A stretch of DNA of 63,102 nt, the filler included, from Lenisia limosa (Eukaryota > Protista > Breviatea): assembly GCA_001655205.1 (NCBI GenBank). It is 8 parts of 8 records of this genome, joined end to end, with 100 filler letters (N's around TTAATTAATTAA, not from the genome) between each part and the next. Parts side by side here need not be neighbours in the genome. Positions count along the whole stretch, not along the records: positions 61,731 to 63,102 come from LPNZ01000621.1; 7 more parts are not named here. The stretch is one strand, 5' to 3'. Positions within the stretch are counted from its first letter, which is position 1. Each line of letters opens with the position of its first letter. The notes beneath the pieces were generated by a model. The model was given only the letters and a program-made list of their open reading frames with translations, was not told the DNA's origin and made no database searches. Made by a program: the position numbers and the translations under genes. Positions 61,830 through 63,102 of the stretch are shown here, piece by piece.

Positions 61830-63102
61830 TCGGTGCAGTCTGAAACAAGAGCGCGGCAGCAAGCCAGTGAAGACCTGGAGACTGAGCGGATGCGGCTGGA
61901 GAAGAAGCTGAGGGAGGCGCGTGCACGTGCCGCCGAGAACGAGGAAGACCTTCATGATCAGGTGGGCTGCTAAGACGCTGAAATATTTCGATAGTGTGGC
62001 ATTGATAACTTCATTAAATTATTCCGTTAACAGCTCAAAAATTTATTCATAATCCCAAACACCAGGGTAGAATTGCTAACCTTTTTAGCTCCAAAGAGCA
62101 AAACAGTCCGGCACCCCCAATGCAACGGAGATGGTGGCCAAATCAACCGTTGACGCTGCTATCCTTGTTGGAGGGGGGTCTTTTCAAACCCAAGTGTCAG
62201 TTGTGCTCTCAATTCCAAGCTTAAGCTTACGCACTTCAGGATCTTCGCGATAGTCGAGCTGCCAATGAGTCTCTTACACTGGAACTAGCCGACCTGAGGA
62301 AAGAGCATGAAAAGCTCAAGGTATACTTTGGACAGCAGTGTTGAGTAAGGGAACGATGGAGCTTTTTATCCTAACCGTCGAAACTTTGCTAGCATTATGT
62401 ATCAATGAGAAATAAATAAAGATGTATCTGGCTGAAGCCGTCCACATCATCACGCTTATAATAGATATTGGATTATAGTATAATATTAATTCACCCAATC
62501 ATTTGCCTTACAACTCTGTGCACACAGCTTTCTGCCTGCCTCCCCAGCATATATATAAAAAAAAAATATGATATATGATATACATATATAGTAGTATATG
62601 ATATGTATAATCTACTGCAAATTGATAGATTTGAAGAAAAGAACTTTCTTAAAGCTTCAGGTATCTAACTCAGAGGTTTCCTCTAAGCAATCTGAAGAAG
62701 CCCAGTCAAAGGTCTGCGAGTGATATGGTGGTGTAAAGGTCTTATGATATGTTGACTTGCATTTTTGACATCCTGAGTTGAAATTAATTACCATCTCCCC
62801 CCTCAATGAGACCTGGCTGTCGTTTTTTCCTAACCTTGCATGGGCCTTGGTTGTTGATCTCTTCTTTGACTTGTTTTGATATTTTGGCAGTTCGAAGCGG
62901 CTAGTTCCGAATTGTCCGACCTAAGAAATCGCGAAACCATGGCCCTTACCGCTGCCAAACGGATGGCCGAAGAGGTATGTGGACTGCGTTTCAAATAGAG
63001 GGGGAGGGCCTATTGTTTCACGATTTCAGATCCATAACCTGCGTAACCAAATTGAGCAGTTGGAGGCTAAGATTAAGGTAAGCAACAATCTTTTGTTCCT
63101 TT
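61830..63102 (+). CDS. Coiled-coil protein, internal fragment
   Basis: Heptad-rich exons EDLETERMRLEKKLREARARAAENEEDLHDQ, DLRDSRAANESLTLELADLRKEHEKLK, IHNLRNQIEQLEAKIK. Confidence 0.7.

Overview
Draft genomic DNA from an AT-rich, very intron-rich eukaryote, not a prokaryote. An axonemal dynein heavy chain and a major vault protein point to a flagellated protist; the species cannot be identified from sequence alone. The window is a concatenation of 8 scaffolds joined by N-padded TTAATTAATTAA linkers (about 1-30385, 30486-38631, 38731-41380, 41481-45225, 45326-48619, 48720-52949, 53050-61630, 61731-63102), with many internal N gaps, often next to poly-G/C runs. The supplied ORF track ignores splicing, so I rebuilt genes by hand from GT-AG exons; boundaries are approximate. 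Scaffold 1 is gene-dense and its genes appear to alternate strand: MFS transporter (with a Tc1 transposon in an intron), CUE protein, a protein with tandem DFRxxL actin-binding-like motifs, CBS protein, an unknown gene, MOB4, a B3GNTL1/QTGAL-like glycosyltransferase, GRAM protein, NAC-alpha, Pin1 and a SAM-ARM-Kelch-GOLD protein. Later scaffolds carry a pogo/Fot1-like transposon with an intron-split transposase, a DNAH1-like fragment, a possible STRA6-like membrane protein, a short 2-oxoglutarate dehydrogenase N-domain protein, a major vault protein fragment, coiled-coil proteins, and several families of short non-autonomous elements. I saw no rRNA, tRNA or CRISPR array.
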